A stretch of 64,000 nt of DNA, taken from positions 10,874 to 74,873 of the forward strand of contig JAQVBE010000009.1 in the NCBI GenBank assembly GCA_028690445.1, given 5' to 3'. Both the position numbers and the translations under genes were made by a program. This document shows positions 32,483-43,453 of this stretch, piece after piece. The notes below the pieces were generated by a model. It was given only the letters and a program-made list of their open reading frames with translations. It did no database searches and had not been told where the DNA came from. This DNA comes from Aliarcobacter sp. (GTDB lineage Bacteria; Campylobacterota; Campylobacteria; Campylobacterales; Arcobacteraceae). Each line of letters begins with the position of its first letter. The first letter of the stretch is position 1.

Positions 32483-33619
32483 ATGAATTATACATATTTT
32501 AATCCAACTGCAATAGAGTTTGGAAGTGGCAAAATTGGCTCGATAGTTAATTATATTGATAAAAAGTTAAAAGTATTAGTTGTTTATGGTGGTGGAAGTA
32601 TCAAAAAAAATGGTGTTTACGATCAAGTAAAAATAGCACTTGAGGGTTATACTTGGTTAGAGTTTAGTGGAGTTGAACCAAACCCATCTTATGAGACTTT
32701 AAATAAAGCAGTAAAAATTATCAAAGATGAAAAAATTGATTTTGTTTTAGCTGTTGGCGGTGGTTCTGTTATTGATGGAAGTAAATATTTAGTAGCAGCT
32801 GCACTTTATGATGGTGATGGTTGGGATTTTCTAGATGGTTCAAAACAAGTAGAAAAAGCACTTCCTTTGGGAGCTATTTTAACTCTTCCAGCAACAGGAA
32901 GTGAATCAAATACTACGGCTGTTATTTCAAAAAAATTAACAAACGAAAAAAGATATTTTGGTTCACCACTTGTATATCCAAAATTTGCAGTTTTAGACCC
33001 AAGTGTAATGAGTACTTTAGATGATAGACAACTTGCAAATGGTTTAGTAGATGCATTTGTACATACATGTGAACAATATTTAACATATCCAAATAGCTCA
33101 CTTTTACATGATGGTTATTCACAAACTATTTTAAAAGGTTTACATAACTTATCATTAAATTGGGAAAATAGAAGAACCCCTTTATGGCAAGAAAATCTTA
33201 TGCTTTTAGCAAATCAAGCTTTAAATGGTTTTATTGGTTCAGGTGTTCCTCAAGATTGGGCAACACATATGATAGGACATGAAATTACAGCATTTTATGG
33301 ACTTGACCACGCACAAAGTTTGGCGGTTGTTCAACCATATCTTTTAAGAGTGATGATAGAAGATAAAAAAGAGAAATTACTTCAAATGGGAAAAGAAGTT
33401 TTTAACATGCCTCAAAATTATGAAATAGTAATTGAAGCAATAGAATATATGTACCAAAGTATTGGAGTTCCTACGAAATTAAGTGCATATAAAACAGATG
33501 ATAAAGTAATAGAAAATATCACAAAAGCTTTAGAATCACATGGTATGACAGTACTTGGTGAAAAAGGAAATATTACTTTGGATAAAGTTTCTAAGATTTT
33601 AGAGATGTCTTTAAAATAA
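32483..33619 (+). CDS. Iron-containing alcohol dehydrogenase (YqhD-like)
   Basis: YGGGSIKKNG, GVEPNP, GGGSVID, TLPATGSE, HGLDHA-like motif. Confidence 0.92.
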   Translation: MNYTYFNPTAIEFGSGKIGSIVNYIDKKLKVLVVYGGGSIKKNGVYDQVKIALEGYTWLEFSGVEPNPSYETLNKAVKIIKDEKIDFVLAVGGGSVIDGSKYLVAAALYDGDGWDFLDGSKQVEKALPLGAILTLPATGSESNTTAVISKKLTNEKRYFGSPLVYPKFAVLDPSVMSTLDDRQLANGLVDAFVHTCEQYLTYPNSSLLHDGYSQTILKGLHNLSLNWENRRTPLWQENLMLLANQALNGFIGSGVPQDWATHMIGHEITAFYGLDHAQSLAVVQPYLLRVMIEDKKEKLLQMGKEVFNMPQNYEIVIEAIEYMYQSIGVPTKLSAYKTDDKVIENITKALESHGMTVLGEKGNITLDKVSKILEMSLK

Positions 33620-33688
33620 TTTAATCTTTGATTAACTCAATATTATAATAAACTAAGATAAAATGCGTGTTATTAATTTTAGGAATAT

Positions 33689-34186
33689 ATGATGTCTAAA
33701 GAAAAAACATTTAAAAATAAGCTTTTAGAGTATGTTTATACTATTTCTAAGCAACCAATTTTATTAAAAGATTTATTGGTTGCAAATAGACAACACAATG
33801 ATGGAATGCATGTAGACCCGGCAAAACTTGGGTTTAGAATAAGGCTAATTAGAGCATACATAGTTTATATAGGAATTGTATTAGCTATTATCGTTCCAAT
33901 TTCACTTTTAACTCATAAACCTCTTGTGAAAATTGATCCGCATATTTCTATTTTGGGAGCAATGGTTATTACTGCTGCTATATTTATAGGCTTTAACTTT
34001 TTTAGAGATAGAATGAGAGATGCTATGACTAAAGAGCTAATTATTAGGTCTTGGAAATTACATTTTCCATTTTTCTCATATGAAGAATATTCTCAAAAAA
34101 TAGATGAAATTTTTGAGAGATCTATAAAAGATGAAATCTCAAAAAGAGATTTAGAAAAATACATTTTAGAAAATCTTTCAAAATAA
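33689..34186 (+). CDS. Hypothetical membrane protein
   Basis: Two TM segments; probable start a few codons in. Confidence 0.7.
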   Translation: MMSKEKTFKNKLLEYVYTISKQPILLKDLLVANRQHNDGMHVDPAKLGFRIRLIRAYIVYIGIVLAIIVPISLLTHKPLVKIDPHISILGAMVITAAIFIGFNFFRDRMRDAMTKELIIRSWKLHFPFFSYEEYSQKIDEIFERSIKDEISKRDLEKYILENLSK

Positions 34187-34209
34187 TAAGTAGTTTTTAA
34201 AACTACTTA
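34187..34209. terminator. Hairpin between convergent genes
   Basis: TAAGTAGTTT-TTA-AAACTACTTA. Confidence 0.55.
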
Positions 34210-34952
34210 TCATGTAGGGCAACCGCTTCTTTATTTCTTTGTTTTTTTAATTCCATATCTATATATTTTTCAATCAAATCTTGTTTTTGTTTAAAAGCTA
34301 AAGTGATTTTTCGCTTGACTGGTCTATTTTCGTAGATAAAAAAACCAGCTTCATACATTGAAAGTCTAATTGATGTAGCAATTGCATAAGAACTCATTAC
34401 ACAATCATTTTTGCAAAGTTTATAAATATCATCAAAATACTCTTTTGTCCAAAGTTCAAAATTAACATCGCTTGAAAAAGCATCTTGATAAATTATGTCA
34501 AAACTATTTTGTTTTAGGCTTTTTATATAATCTCTAGCATTTCCAATAAAAACCTCTATTTTGATTTTTTCATCTTCATATTTGCAAGTTTGCGCAACTG
34601 ATTTTATGATATGTTTTATATTTTCAAACTCTTTTGGAAACTTAAAAGTTTCTAAAGATTTTACTAGATTTCCATCAAGTTCTGGCGAATAAAAATTTAG
34701 TTTAACATCAAGATTATTTAATAAACAATAATAAATTGTTGAAAATGTATTATATCCAATGCCAAAACAAATATCTAAAATGGTAAGTTCACTTTTGTTT
34801 TTATGAAATGTAAAAGCTGGAATTATATGTTTTGATAAAGCTTCATTTATAGCTCCATCATCAGGGTTGTGATAGTGTTGATTATATAGTTTTGAAAATA
34901 GGGTGTTTGAGCCATCTTTTGTGGCAACTATGCTATTTATGTTATCTTGCAA
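34203..34952 (-). CDS. MnmC/MnmD-like tRNA mnm5s2U methyltransferase domain protein
   Basis: TKDGSNTL, DICFGIGYN, GNARDY, YQDAFS, ELWT. Confidence 0.82.
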   Translation of the reverse strand: MQDNINSIVATKDGSNTLFSKLYNQHYHNPDDGAINEALSKHIIPAFTFHKNKSELTILDICFGIGYNTFSTIYYCLLNNLDVKLNFYSPELDGNLVKSLETFKFPKEFENIKHIIKSVAQTCKYEDEKIKIEVFIGNARDYIKSLKQNSFDIIYQDAFSSDVNFELWTKEYFDDIYKLCKNDCVMSSYAIATSIRLSMYEAGFFIYENRPVKRKITLAFKQKQDLIEKYIDMELKKQRNKEAVALHDK

Positions 34953-34979
34953 GAGTAGTTTTCACTTTATTTTTTGATT

Positions 34980-35423
34980 TTATAAGCCATTGTCCCAATG
35001 GTGCATTTTTTTTGCTGTAAAGATATAAATGTCATCAAAAAGTTCTATACAATTTGGTGCTTGAAAACCAACACTTTCAAGTAAATCTAAAAGTTCGTAT
35101 TTATTGTCATTTGATATTTTTTCAAGGATAATGATATTTCCTGAGTTTTCTAAAGCTTTATACATAAGTTTTAAAATCATTTCAATCTCAGAGCAATAAG
35201 ATAAAATATTTCCTAAAACAATATACTCAAATTCTCTAGCTGTTGCTTTTAGTTTGGCGCTTGATTCATCAATAAAAGGAATATATTTTATATTCCCTTC
35301 ATTTTGAATCTTGATTTGCTCAAGTGTTTGATCCACAAGCCCCAAAGAATTATCAATATGTAAAATTGCAATATTTGTATAATCTGAAAATAACTCTTTG
35401 AAAAGATTGAGTTTTTGTTGCAC
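34980..35423 (-). CDS. Methyltransferase-like hypothetical protein
   Basis: Partial Rossmann-like pattern (EYIVLGNILSY...YKALENSGNIIILE). Confidence 0.55.
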   Translation of the reverse strand: MQQKLNLFKELFSDYTNIAILHIDNSLGLVDQTLEQIKIQNEGNIKYIPFIDESSAKLKATAREFEYIVLGNILSYCSEIEMILKLMYKALENSGNIIILEKISNDNKYELLDLLESVGFQAPNCIELFDDIYIFTAKKMHHWDNGL

Positions 35424-35426
35424 TTT

Positions 35427-35942
35427 TTAGTTTCCTAAATCTTTTAATTTATCTTCACAAAGATATAAAGCTTCATTTGACATAACACCAATTTGTGTAG
35501 ATAAAATATCATTTGCTATTTCTTTTGCCTCTTCAAGTGAGTGCATTGTATAAGTTCCACATTGGTATTCGTTTAGTTCTGGAATATCATTTTGTGATTT
35601 AACTTCAAGTACATCTTTCATTGCTTTTTCCCATGCATTTGCCACAGTTTTTTCATCTGGAGTTCCAATTAAACTCATATAAAAACCAGTTCTACAACCC
35701 ATAGGAGAAACATCGATGATTTCAACTGAGTCAGAATTTAGATGATTTCTGATGAATCCTGCAAATAAATGTTCCAAAGTATGGATACCTTTTTCACTTA
35801 ATATTTTTTTATTTGGTACACAAAATCTTAAATCAAATACAGTAATATCATCACCTTTTGGTGTTTTCATTGTTTTTGCAACTCTTACTGCAGGTGCTGG
35901 CATGATTGTATGGTCAACTCTAAAACTATCTAATAATGGCAT
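35427..35942 (-). CDS. luxS: S-ribosylhomocysteine lyase
   Basis: [29 protein letters not shown]. Confidence 0.98.
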   Translation of the reverse strand: MPLLDSFRVDHTIMPAPAVRVAKTMKTPKGDDITVFDLRFCVPNKKILSEKGIHTLEHLFAGFIRNHLNSDSVEIIDVSPMGCRTGFYMSLIGTPDEKTVANAWEKAMKDVLEVKSQNDIPELNEYQCGTYTMHSLEEAKEIANDILSTQIGVMSNEALYLCEDKLKDLGN

Positions 35943-36112
35943 AATAAATTCCTTTTTTTAATAAGCTTGGATTGTATCAAAAGTTTATTGAATGAGTGGT
36001 AATTAGTAATAACTAAATTTGATATAACTCAAACACATAAGAAATACAGGGCTTTTTGTAGAAAGTTTGGATATTATATTAAATTATTTTTGCCAAAAGC
36101 AAAGAGGTTATT

Positions 36113-37231
36113 ATGGAAGATTATAGCGATTATTTCGAACTTAGAAAAATAAATGATAGTAATTATGAATTAACATTATTAAATATTTGGAATAAACAAA
36201 TCCTTACTTCAAATATCAGAAAATTAGAAAAACTAACTTTTTCTTCACATACTAAATTAACTGTGGATTTTCAAAATCTAAAAGAGTGTGATACAGCTTC
36301 AATCATCTATCTTATTTCATTTTTTAAAAAAGTTGAAGAAAAAAATTTAACACTTAAAAATTTAGATTCTTTTGAAGAATTTTATAGATTTTATGAAAAA
36401 CACTATCAAGAAAATATTCCAGAAACAAAAGATAAAAAAAATATTATAGAAAAGATTGGTAAAACCGTATATGAAGCTTACCTTTCTAGTCTTGATTTTA
36501 CAAAATTTGTTGGAAAAGCTTTTTATTATTTTGTGTATTCACTTTTTAATCCTAAAAAAATGAGATTAAAAGCGATGCTAAAATATATTGATACATCAGC
36601 TGTGAATGCACTTTTTATTGTGGGAATGACTTCTTTTTTGGTGGGAGTCGTAATTGCATATCAAGGAGCAGTTCAGCTTGAAAAGTTTGGAGCAAATATT
36701 TTTATAGTTGAGATGATTTGTATAACTATGTTTAGAGAAATTGCTCCACTTGTAACAGCAATTGTAATTGCTGGACGAAGTTCTAGTTCATACACCGCAG
36801 AAATTGGAGCTATGAAAATAACAGATGAAATAGATGCTATGAGAACTATGGATTTTGAGCCAACTTTATTTTTGGTATTACCAAGAATTTTTGCTTTGGT
36901 TATTGCTTTGCCTTTATTAGTTTTTTTTGCTGATATTGTAGGAATCTTTGGTGGAATGGTGATAGCTTTTACGGATTTAGATGTTACATTTTTTGAGTTT
37001 ATAAATAGAATGGGACAAGAAGTTCCATTAAAACATCTTTTAATTGGAGTTGGTAAATCTATATTTTTTGGAGTTGCTATTGCACTTATTGGGTGCTATA
37101 GAGGATTTCAAGTACAAAATAACACTACAAGTATAGGAAAATATACAACAATAAGTGTTGTAAATGCGATTTTTGTGGTTATTGCTTTAAATGCGATTTT
37201 TTCAGTGATTCTAACTGAGATTGGAATATAA
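36113..37231 (+). CDS. MlaE-family ABC permease with N-terminal STAS-like domain
   Basis: FREIAPLVTAIVIAGR, AEIGAMK..DEIDAM, LVLPR. Confidence 0.92.
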   Translation: MEDYSDYFELRKINDSNYELTLLNIWNKQILTSNIRKLEKLTFSSHTKLTVDFQNLKECDTASIIYLISFFKKVEEKNLTLKNLDSFEEFYRFYEKHYQENIPETKDKKNIIEKIGKTVYEAYLSSLDFTKFVGKAFYYFVYSLFNPKKMRLKAMLKYIDTSAVNALFIVGMTSFLVGVVIAYQGAVQLEKFGANIFIVEMICITMFREIAPLVTAIVIAGRSSSSYTAEIGAMKITDEIDAMRTMDFEPTLFLVLPRIFALVIALPLLVFFADIVGIFGGMVIAFTDLDVTFFEFINRMGQEVPLKHLLIGVGKSIFFGVAIALIGCYRGFQVQNNTTSIGKYTTISVVNAIFVVIALNAIFSVILTEIGI

Positions 37232-37974
37232 TGGAAGCACTTAACATTATAAAAGTAAATAATTTATCAACAATTTTTGGTGAAAATATAGTACACAAAG
37301 ATATTTCATTTAGTGTAAATCAAGGGGAAATTTTTGGGGTATTAGGTGGAAGTGGTTCAGGAAAAAGTGTATTGGTAAAACAAATAGTTATGTTGGACAA
37401 AATTCAAAAGGGAAATATTGAATTTTTAGGAAAAGATATTTCAACTTTAGATTTAAAAGATATTCAAGATTTAAAACAACAATTTTCTTATCTTTTTCAG
37501 TTTGGAGCTTTATATTCGTTTTTAAATGTGATTGAAAATATTTCTGTGATGTTAAAAGAATATACAGATTTACCAGCAGATTTAATAGAAAAAATCGCTT
37601 ATACAAATCTTGAAATTGTAGGGCTTCCAAAAAGTTGTGCACTATTATATCCATCTGAATTAAGTGGTGGAATGAAAAAAAGAGTTGCCCTTGCACGAAG
37701 TCTTGCAATGCAACCAAAAGTTTTATTTTTAGATGAACCTACAAGTGGACTTGACCCTTCTAGTACACAAAAAATAAATGAGTTGTTACTTAATCTAAAA
37801 AAAATGTTAAATATCACAATAATCATAATTACCCATGATTTAGAAACGATAAAAACAGTTTTAGATAGGTTTATAATATTAAAACAAAAGATAATCTTTG
37901 ATGGAAATATCACTCAAGCTTTAGATTCACAAGATGAATTTATAAAAGATTTTCTAACAAATAAAGGTAAATAA
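37231..37974 (+). CDS. MlaF-like ABC ATP-binding protein
   Basis: GGSGSGKS, LSGGMKKR, DEPTSGLD. Confidence 0.92.
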   Translation: MEALNIIKVNNLSTIFGENIVHKDISFSVNQGEIFGVLGGSGSGKSVLVKQIVMLDKIQKGNIEFLGKDISTLDLKDIQDLKQQFSYLFQFGALYSFLNVIENISVMLKEYTDLPADLIEKIAYTNLEIVGLPKSCALLYPSELSGGMKKRVALARSLAMQPKVLFLDEPTSGLDPSSTQKINELLLNLKKMLNITIIIITHDLETIKTVLDRFIILKQKIIFDGNITQALDSQDEFIKDFLTNKGK

Positions 37975-38876
37975 TGGATACAAAAATAAACTTTTTTAAA
38001 ATAGGCTTGTTTGTAATAGCCCTTGTAACTTCACTTTTAATTCTCGTTTTTTGGTTGGGAAAATTTGGTTTTGAAAAGAAAAAATTTGATGAGTATTCAA
38101 TTTATTTCCAAGAATCTGTTTCTGGATTAAATATTGGTTCTTCTATAAAATACAAAGGATTTGAAGTTGGAAATGTAAGTGAAATAAAACTAAATCCACA
38201 TAATTCAGAAGAGATACAAATAGATATTGTAATCAAAAAAGGAACACCTATAAAAGAAGACAATTATGCTATTTTAGGAAATCTTGGAATTACTGGACTT
38301 AAATATATCGAGTTAAAAGGTGGAAGTAATGATTCAAAACTTTTACAAGAAGATGAAAATGGTTTTAGAATAATTAGTTCAAAAACATCAGATTTGACAA
38401 CTTTAGTTGATTCTACAACTGATTTAACAAATCAATTAACTTTGGTTTTAGCTCAAATGAAAAAACTTTTAGCCGATGAAAATATAAAAACTATTTCAGA
38501 AATCTTGGGTAAAACTCAAAACAGTATGACTAATGTAGAACAATTTAGCTCATATCTTGTAAACAATGAAAAGAAAATTGATGAACTTATAAAAAATATA
38601 AATATTCTTGCAAAAAATGGAAATAAATCTTTTGAAAGTATTGATAAATCAGCAAATAGTTTCAAAGAATTATCAAATGAAATTTTACTTGAAATAAGAA
38701 AAAGAAGTTTTGATATAAATGATATGTCAAAAGAGAGTTTTGATAAATTAAATGGTGTTTTAAATAATTTAGATTCAACACTTTTACAAACACAAACTTT
38801 GATAGATAACCTAAATCAAAGTCCAAGTGATATTTTATTTAAACAAAAAAATATAAAAAATGGACCAGGAGAATAA
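37974..38876 (+). CDS. MlaD/MCE-family protein
   Basis: N-terminal TM, SVSGLNIGSSIKYKGFEVG, GITGLKYIEL. Confidence 0.9.
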   Translation: MDTKINFFKIGLFVIALVTSLLILVFWLGKFGFEKKKFDEYSIYFQESVSGLNIGSSIKYKGFEVGNVSEIKLNPHNSEEIQIDIVIKKGTPIKEDNYAILGNLGITGLKYIELKGGSNDSKLLQEDENGFRIISSKTSDLTTLVDSTTDLTNQLTLVLAQMKKLLADENIKTISEILGKTQNSMTNVEQFSSYLVNNEKKIDELIKNINILAKNGNKSFESIDKSANSFKELSNEILLEIRKRSFDINDMSKESFDKLNGVLNNLDSTLLQTQTLIDNLNQSPSDILFKQKNIKNGPGE

Positions 38877-39462
38877 TATGAAAAATCTTTTTTATCTTTT
38901 AATCGTACTTTTAATTTCTGGATGTTCTTTAAAACAAGAAATTACAGAGACAAATAGTTATTCTATTGATTTTAACTCAAAAAATAGTAGTTATAAAAAT
39001 ATAGGAAAATCAATTTTGATTGAAGAACCTCTTGTGAATAAAAGTTTTAATTCAAGGTCGATTTTTTATAGTACAAAACCATATTTGTTTGAAGAATATG
39101 CTAAAAATAGATGGATAAATTTGCCAAGTAGCATGATTCACAATTCTCTGGCAGAATCTTTTCAAAATAGTAATCTTTTCTCTTTAGTCTCTTTGGAAGA
39201 TACAAAAATAAAATATGATTATGTTATAAAAACAAGTGTAATAAAAATATATCATGAGATAGATGGTGATAAATCTTACGCTATTTTAAAAATAAAATTT
39301 GATTTATTAAAAGATAAAGAGTTAATAAAAACATTTAGTTACGATAAAAATTTTTTAGTTAAAGAAACCAAACCTTATGAGTTTGTAAATACTCTAAATA
39401 AAATCTTTGATGATGTTTTAGAAGAGTTGTTAAAAGGGATAAACAACTCTTCTCTAGTTTGA
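38860..39462 (+). CDS. ABC-type transport auxiliary lipoprotein (PqiC-like)
   Basis: Lipobox ISGC, YAKNRW; last gene of the MCE cluster. Confidence 0.8.
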   Translation: MDQENNMKNLFYLLIVLLISGCSLKQEITETNSYSIDFNSKNSSYKNIGKSILIEEPLVNKSFNSRSIFYSTKPYLFEEYAKNRWINLPSSMIHNSLAESFQNSNLFSLVSLEDTKIKYDYVIKTSVIKIYHEIDGDKSYAILKIKFDLLKDKELIKTFSYDKNFLVKETKPYEFVNTLNKIFDDVLEELLKGINNSSLV

Positions 39463-39535
39463 TTGAAGTACTAATCTATTCTTTCAGATAAAAGCCAAAG
39501 CTATTTTATAATAGCTAGATTTCTGTAATGTAACA

Positions 39536-41380
39536 TTATAATTCGACTCTTCTTGTAACCCCTATTAATCTATCATGTGGAAATTTATAAAAACTTACAA
39601 ATGATGGAGCAAGATTTTTCATACTAGCAAAAAATATCCATATTGGATTTGTTGCAATTATCTCTTCTTGTCCATAAAATATAGTTTTTGCATCAATATT
39701 TTTATTTACTAGAATTTCTTCAACATCAATCATTTCCATATATCCAACTTTTATATTTAATACTTCCATTCCTTCTTGTAGAATTTCTAATTCAGTACTA
39801 ATACCATGTGGGTCACTTGTTGGTTTTACGGTTGCTATAATATTTCGTTTATATACTATGCTATTTTCAAACATTGTTTTTGATATATAAGTTGGGATAG
39901 TATCTTGTCTTCTTGCAAAAAATATCCCAACACCAGGGATAGTATTTGTTTCTTTATAAGTTTTGCCAAATTCTTCTAAAAACTTATCTTTAGATACGAC
40001 TTTTAGTGCTTTGTAAAGTCTTTCTTGCCCTTTTGTATATATTAAAACTATTAATAATGGAATCATACTAATAATTAATGACCAATATCCACCATGTGGA
40101 ATTTTAAGAGTACAAGATATGAAAAATATTCCACTAACAATAAATGATAAAAAAGCAATAATAGCTTTAATGTAATTTTCTTGTTTGAAAAATATAATAA
40201 TCATTAAAAAGGCGGTAATTGTCATTGCTCCAGAAACAGCAAGTCCATAAGCAGAAGCTAATTTAGCTGATTCCCTAAAAATAAACAATGCACAAAGTAC
40301 ACAAAATAATAAAGCCCAATTTATAACTCCAATATATATTTGAGACCTTAGTTCATTTGAAGTATAAACTACTTTTAAATGTGGAAAAATTTTTGTAGTC
40401 ATGGCTTGATATAAAACTGAAAAAACACCACTTATCATTGCTTGTGATGCAATAATTGTTGCTAATATTGCAAGTATTACAAATCCTACATATAGGTTCG
40501 CAGAGATAGATTTTATCATTTCAAATAATGGGCTTGTTGCTGAAGCTGAATTTGCAATAACCACTGCCCCTTGTCCAAAATAACAAAAAGCTAAAGCAAT
40601 AAAAACAAATAACCAACCTTTTAATATAGGAAGTCTTCCTAAATGTCCCATATCTGCATATAGTGCCTCACCACCTGTTGCTACAAGTATAACATCTGAT
40701 AAAACTAAAAATGTAAGCATTGGATTATCAATTATAAAATTAATTGCATACATAGGAGAAAGAGCAACTATCACACTAGGATTTTGAATAGTAAAATATA
40801 ATCCAACTCCTCCTATTGTAAAAAACCAAACAATCATTACCGGACCAAAAGCACTAGCAACTTTTTCTACGCCTTTTTTTTGAACGATAAATAAACAAAT
40901 TGCTATTAATGCAGCTATAATTAAAAGAATCTCACGAGATATTCCTTCTAAACCTGGGATTAAAGCAATTCCCTCAACAGCACTTAAAATACTAATTGCA
41001 GGTGTAATTACAGCATCACCAATCATAAGAGAAAAACCAATAAAACTTAAAATAGTTATTATGGCAATTTGTTTTACATTTTTTATTTTGCTAAGTATTA
41101 TTTGTAGTAAAACAATAGTACCACCTTCTCCTCTTTTAGAAAGGCTAGTTGCTAACCATGCATATTGAATTGTTACAAGAATTGTAAGAGTCCAAATAAA
41201 GAGTGAAATTAATCCAAAAATATTTTCAACAGTTGGTATAGCAACCAAAAAAACTACTGCAAAAGTATATATAGGACTTGTTCCAATATCCCCATATACA
41301 ACCCCAAGAGCCTTTACAACCATAAACTCTTTTTTTAGAAATTCAACAAATGAATTTGTTTTATTCATAAATTTAACCAT
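39536..41380 (-). CDS. kup: KUP/HAK/KT potassium transporter
   Basis: GVVYGDIGTSP, GEGG, GDAVITPAIS, EALYADMGH. Confidence 0.95.
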   Translation of the reverse strand: MVKFMNKTNSFVEFLKKEFMVVKALGVVYGDIGTSPIYTFAVVFLVAIPTVENIFGLISLFIWTLTILVTIQYAWLATSLSKRGEGGTIVLLQIILSKIKNVKQIAIITILSFIGFSLMIGDAVITPAISILSAVEGIALIPGLEGISREILLIIAALIAICLFIVQKKGVEKVASAFGPVMIVWFFTIGGVGLYFTIQNPSVIVALSPMYAINFIIDNPMLTFLVLSDVILVATGGEALYADMGHLGRLPILKGWLFVFIALAFCYFGQGAVVIANSASATSPLFEMIKSISANLYVGFVILAILATIIASQAMISGVFSVLYQAMTTKIFPHLKVVYTSNELRSQIYIGVINWALLFCVLCALFIFRESAKLASAYGLAVSGAMTITAFLMIIIFFKQENYIKAIIAFLSFIVSGIFFISCTLKIPHGGYWSLIISMIPLLIVLIYTKGQERLYKALKVVSKDKFLEEFGKTYKETNTIPGVGIFFARRQDTIPTYISKTMFENSIVYKRNIIATVKPTSDPHGISTELEILQEGMEVLNIKVGYMEMIDVEEILVNKNIDAKTIFYGQEEIIATNPIWIFFASMKNLAPSFVSFYKFPHDRLIGVTRRVEL

Positions 41381-41603
41381 ACCTTTATACTAATCTTATG
41401 ATGACTATATAGTATAAATTATAGATAAAATATAAATAAAAAGATTAATTTATAAAAATTTTATAAAGATGCTATTTTCATAGAGATTAGCAAGGGTTTT
41501 ATCATAAATAATTAGTTAAAATCCGTTTCAAAAAATCATGCTAGTTATAAATATTAGATTAGTTTAATATTCTAAGTAATTGGCACTAGAAAAAAGGCTT
41601 AAA

Positions 41604-42371
41604 ATGACAATTTTAGATTCCATCGTACTTGGAATTGTTGAGGGAATAACGGAGTTTTTACCAATTTCTTCAACGGGACACTTAATAGTAGCAAGTGAAT
41701 TTTTAGGACTTGAACAAACAAATGTGAATAAAGCTTTTGAAGTTGTTATTCAGTTTGCAGCAATTCTAGCTGTAATATTAACTTATCCTTCAAAATTTAC
41801 ATTTAAACATATTGAATTATGGATAAAAATAGCTATTGCATTCTTACCAATAGCTGCTATTGGATTTTTATTATCTAAACAAATTAAAGCAATGTTTGAC
41901 ATTCAAATAGTTGCTATTATGTTTATTGTTGGTGGAATTGCATTTATAATAATTGAGAAATTTTATAACACAAAACCTGTACAAACTTTAGAAGTTGATG
42001 ATGTTACATATAAACAAGCTGCTTGGATTGGTTTTGCTCAATTATTCGCATTAATTCCAGGAACTAGTCGAGCGGGAGCTAGTATTATAGGTGCTATGCT
42101 AGTAGGACTTAGTAGAAAAGCAAGTACTGAATTTTCTTTTTTATTAGCTTTACCTGTTTTATCCGCAACAACAGCATATGATTTACTTAAACATCATGAT
42201 GAACTTTTTGCTGCTGGTAATATTTTAAACCTTACTGCTGGTTTTATTGTATCTTTTATAGTTGCATTTTTATCGATTAAAGTATTAATAAAATTTGTAC
42301 AAAAATTTACTTTTATTGCATTTGGAATTTATAGAATAATATTTGGAATTCTCTTACTTATTATTTTTTAA
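41604..42371 (+). CDS. uppP: Undecaprenyl-diphosphate phosphatase
   Basis: [21 protein letters not shown]; ATG at 41604 preferred over TTG at 41580. Confidence 0.96.
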   Translation: MTILDSIVLGIVEGITEFLPISSTGHLIVASEFLGLEQTNVNKAFEVVIQFAAILAVILTYPSKFTFKHIELWIKIAIAFLPIAAIGFLLSKQIKAMFDIQIVAIMFIVGGIAFIIIEKFYNTKPVQTLEVDDVTYKQAAWIGFAQLFALIPGTSRAGASIIGAMLVGLSRKASTEFSFLLALPVLSATTAYDLLKHHDELFAAGNILNLTAGFIVSFIVAFLSIKVLIKFVQKFTFIAFGIYRIIFGILLLIIF

Positions 42372-42394
42372 AAAATCAAGGAAACTATAATATA

Positions 42395-43432
42395 TTATAG
42401 TTTTCTAGCAAATATTGGAGCTAAATTCATAACTATAAAAAGTCGCATAATATGATGGATTGTAATATAGGGAACATTAGCACCAACAAGTAAAGCTATT
42501 AGATTCATCTCTGTTTGTCCCCCTGGACTAAATGCTAAAAGAATAGAGACAATTGGAAAATTAAAAAAATAGTAAGCAATAAAAATAAAAAAACTTGAAA
42601 ATATAGCCACAATAATAAAATGCCCAAAAGTTCCAATAAGTGTTTTTATAATCATTTTTAATTTAATACCTTTAAATGTAAATCCAATAATTGTTCCAAA
42701 TATAACTTGAACAAATTTGATTAATTCATCTGGAATCAAAGTATGAATTAATCCACCACTATAAACAATAATACTAAAAATCATAGGACCAATTAGAAAC
42801 GCAGCGGACATTTTTATCTTTTTAGCAATAAAGGCTCCTGAAATTCCAATAACAATTAAATAAAAAAACTCTATTAAATTTGTATCTTTTATAGCTTTTG
42901 TGATTAGTTGATTTCCACTAATATCAAGATGAAAAACATATTGAATAATAAAAGGTAAAGATAAAACCACAAATAAAAGTCTTGAAGATTGAACTAATGT
43001 TATTTTTGAAGTATCAGCTTTTTGTTCTTCTCCTAAAATTACCATTTCCACAACACCACCTGGCGTTGAGCTAAAAAAGGCAGTTTTTCTATCAAACTTT
43101 AAAATCTTTACATAATAATACATTCCAGCAAAAGTAACAATAATTGAATATGGAATAATTAATAAAATACTAAATAAATAGATATGTAAAAATTCTAAAA
43201 TTTGTGGAGTAAAAGCACTTCCAATTATCAATCCAATAAGTATTCTTGCAGGTGCTGAAAATAGTTTTGGACTTTGAATGGGAAGTTTCTCAAATCGAAT
43301 AGCTAATGAAGTAGTAAAAATCGCACCCAAAAGCCAAGGTAGGGGAAGATGTAAAAGTATAAATAAAACCGAACCTAAAAAACCTATGAAAATAGCAAGT
43401 AACATTTGAGATAATTGTTGCATATTTATCAT
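42395..43432 (-). CDS. AbrB-family (putative ammonia monooxygenase-like) membrane protein
   Basis: LPLPWLLG, STPGG, SPGG..EM, HHIMRL; duplicated membrane domain. Confidence 0.85.
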   Translation of the reverse strand: MINMQQLSQMLLAIFIGFLGSVLFILLHLPLPWLLGAIFTTSLAIRFEKLPIQSPKLFSAPARILIGLIIGSAFTPQILEFLHIYLFSILLIIPYSIIVTFAGMYYYVKILKFDRKTAFFSSTPGGVVEMVILGEEQKADTSKITLVQSSRLLFVVLSLPFIIQYVFHLDISGNQLITKAIKDTNLIEFFYLIVIGISGAFIAKKIKMSAAFLIGPMIFSIIVYSGGLIHTLIPDELIKFVQVIFGTIIGFTFKGIKLKMIIKTLIGTFGHFIIVAIFSSFFIFIAYYFFNFPIVSILLAFSPGGQTEMNLIALLVGANVPYITIHHIMRLFIVMNLAPIFARKL

Positions 43433-43453
43433 AGATTTTCTAGGTCAGTCATT

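Noticed and set aside
42382-42403. 22-bp perfect palindrome between uppP and the abrB-like gene
   Set aside because: Almost all A/T and overlapping a stop codon; at most a weak terminator between convergent genes
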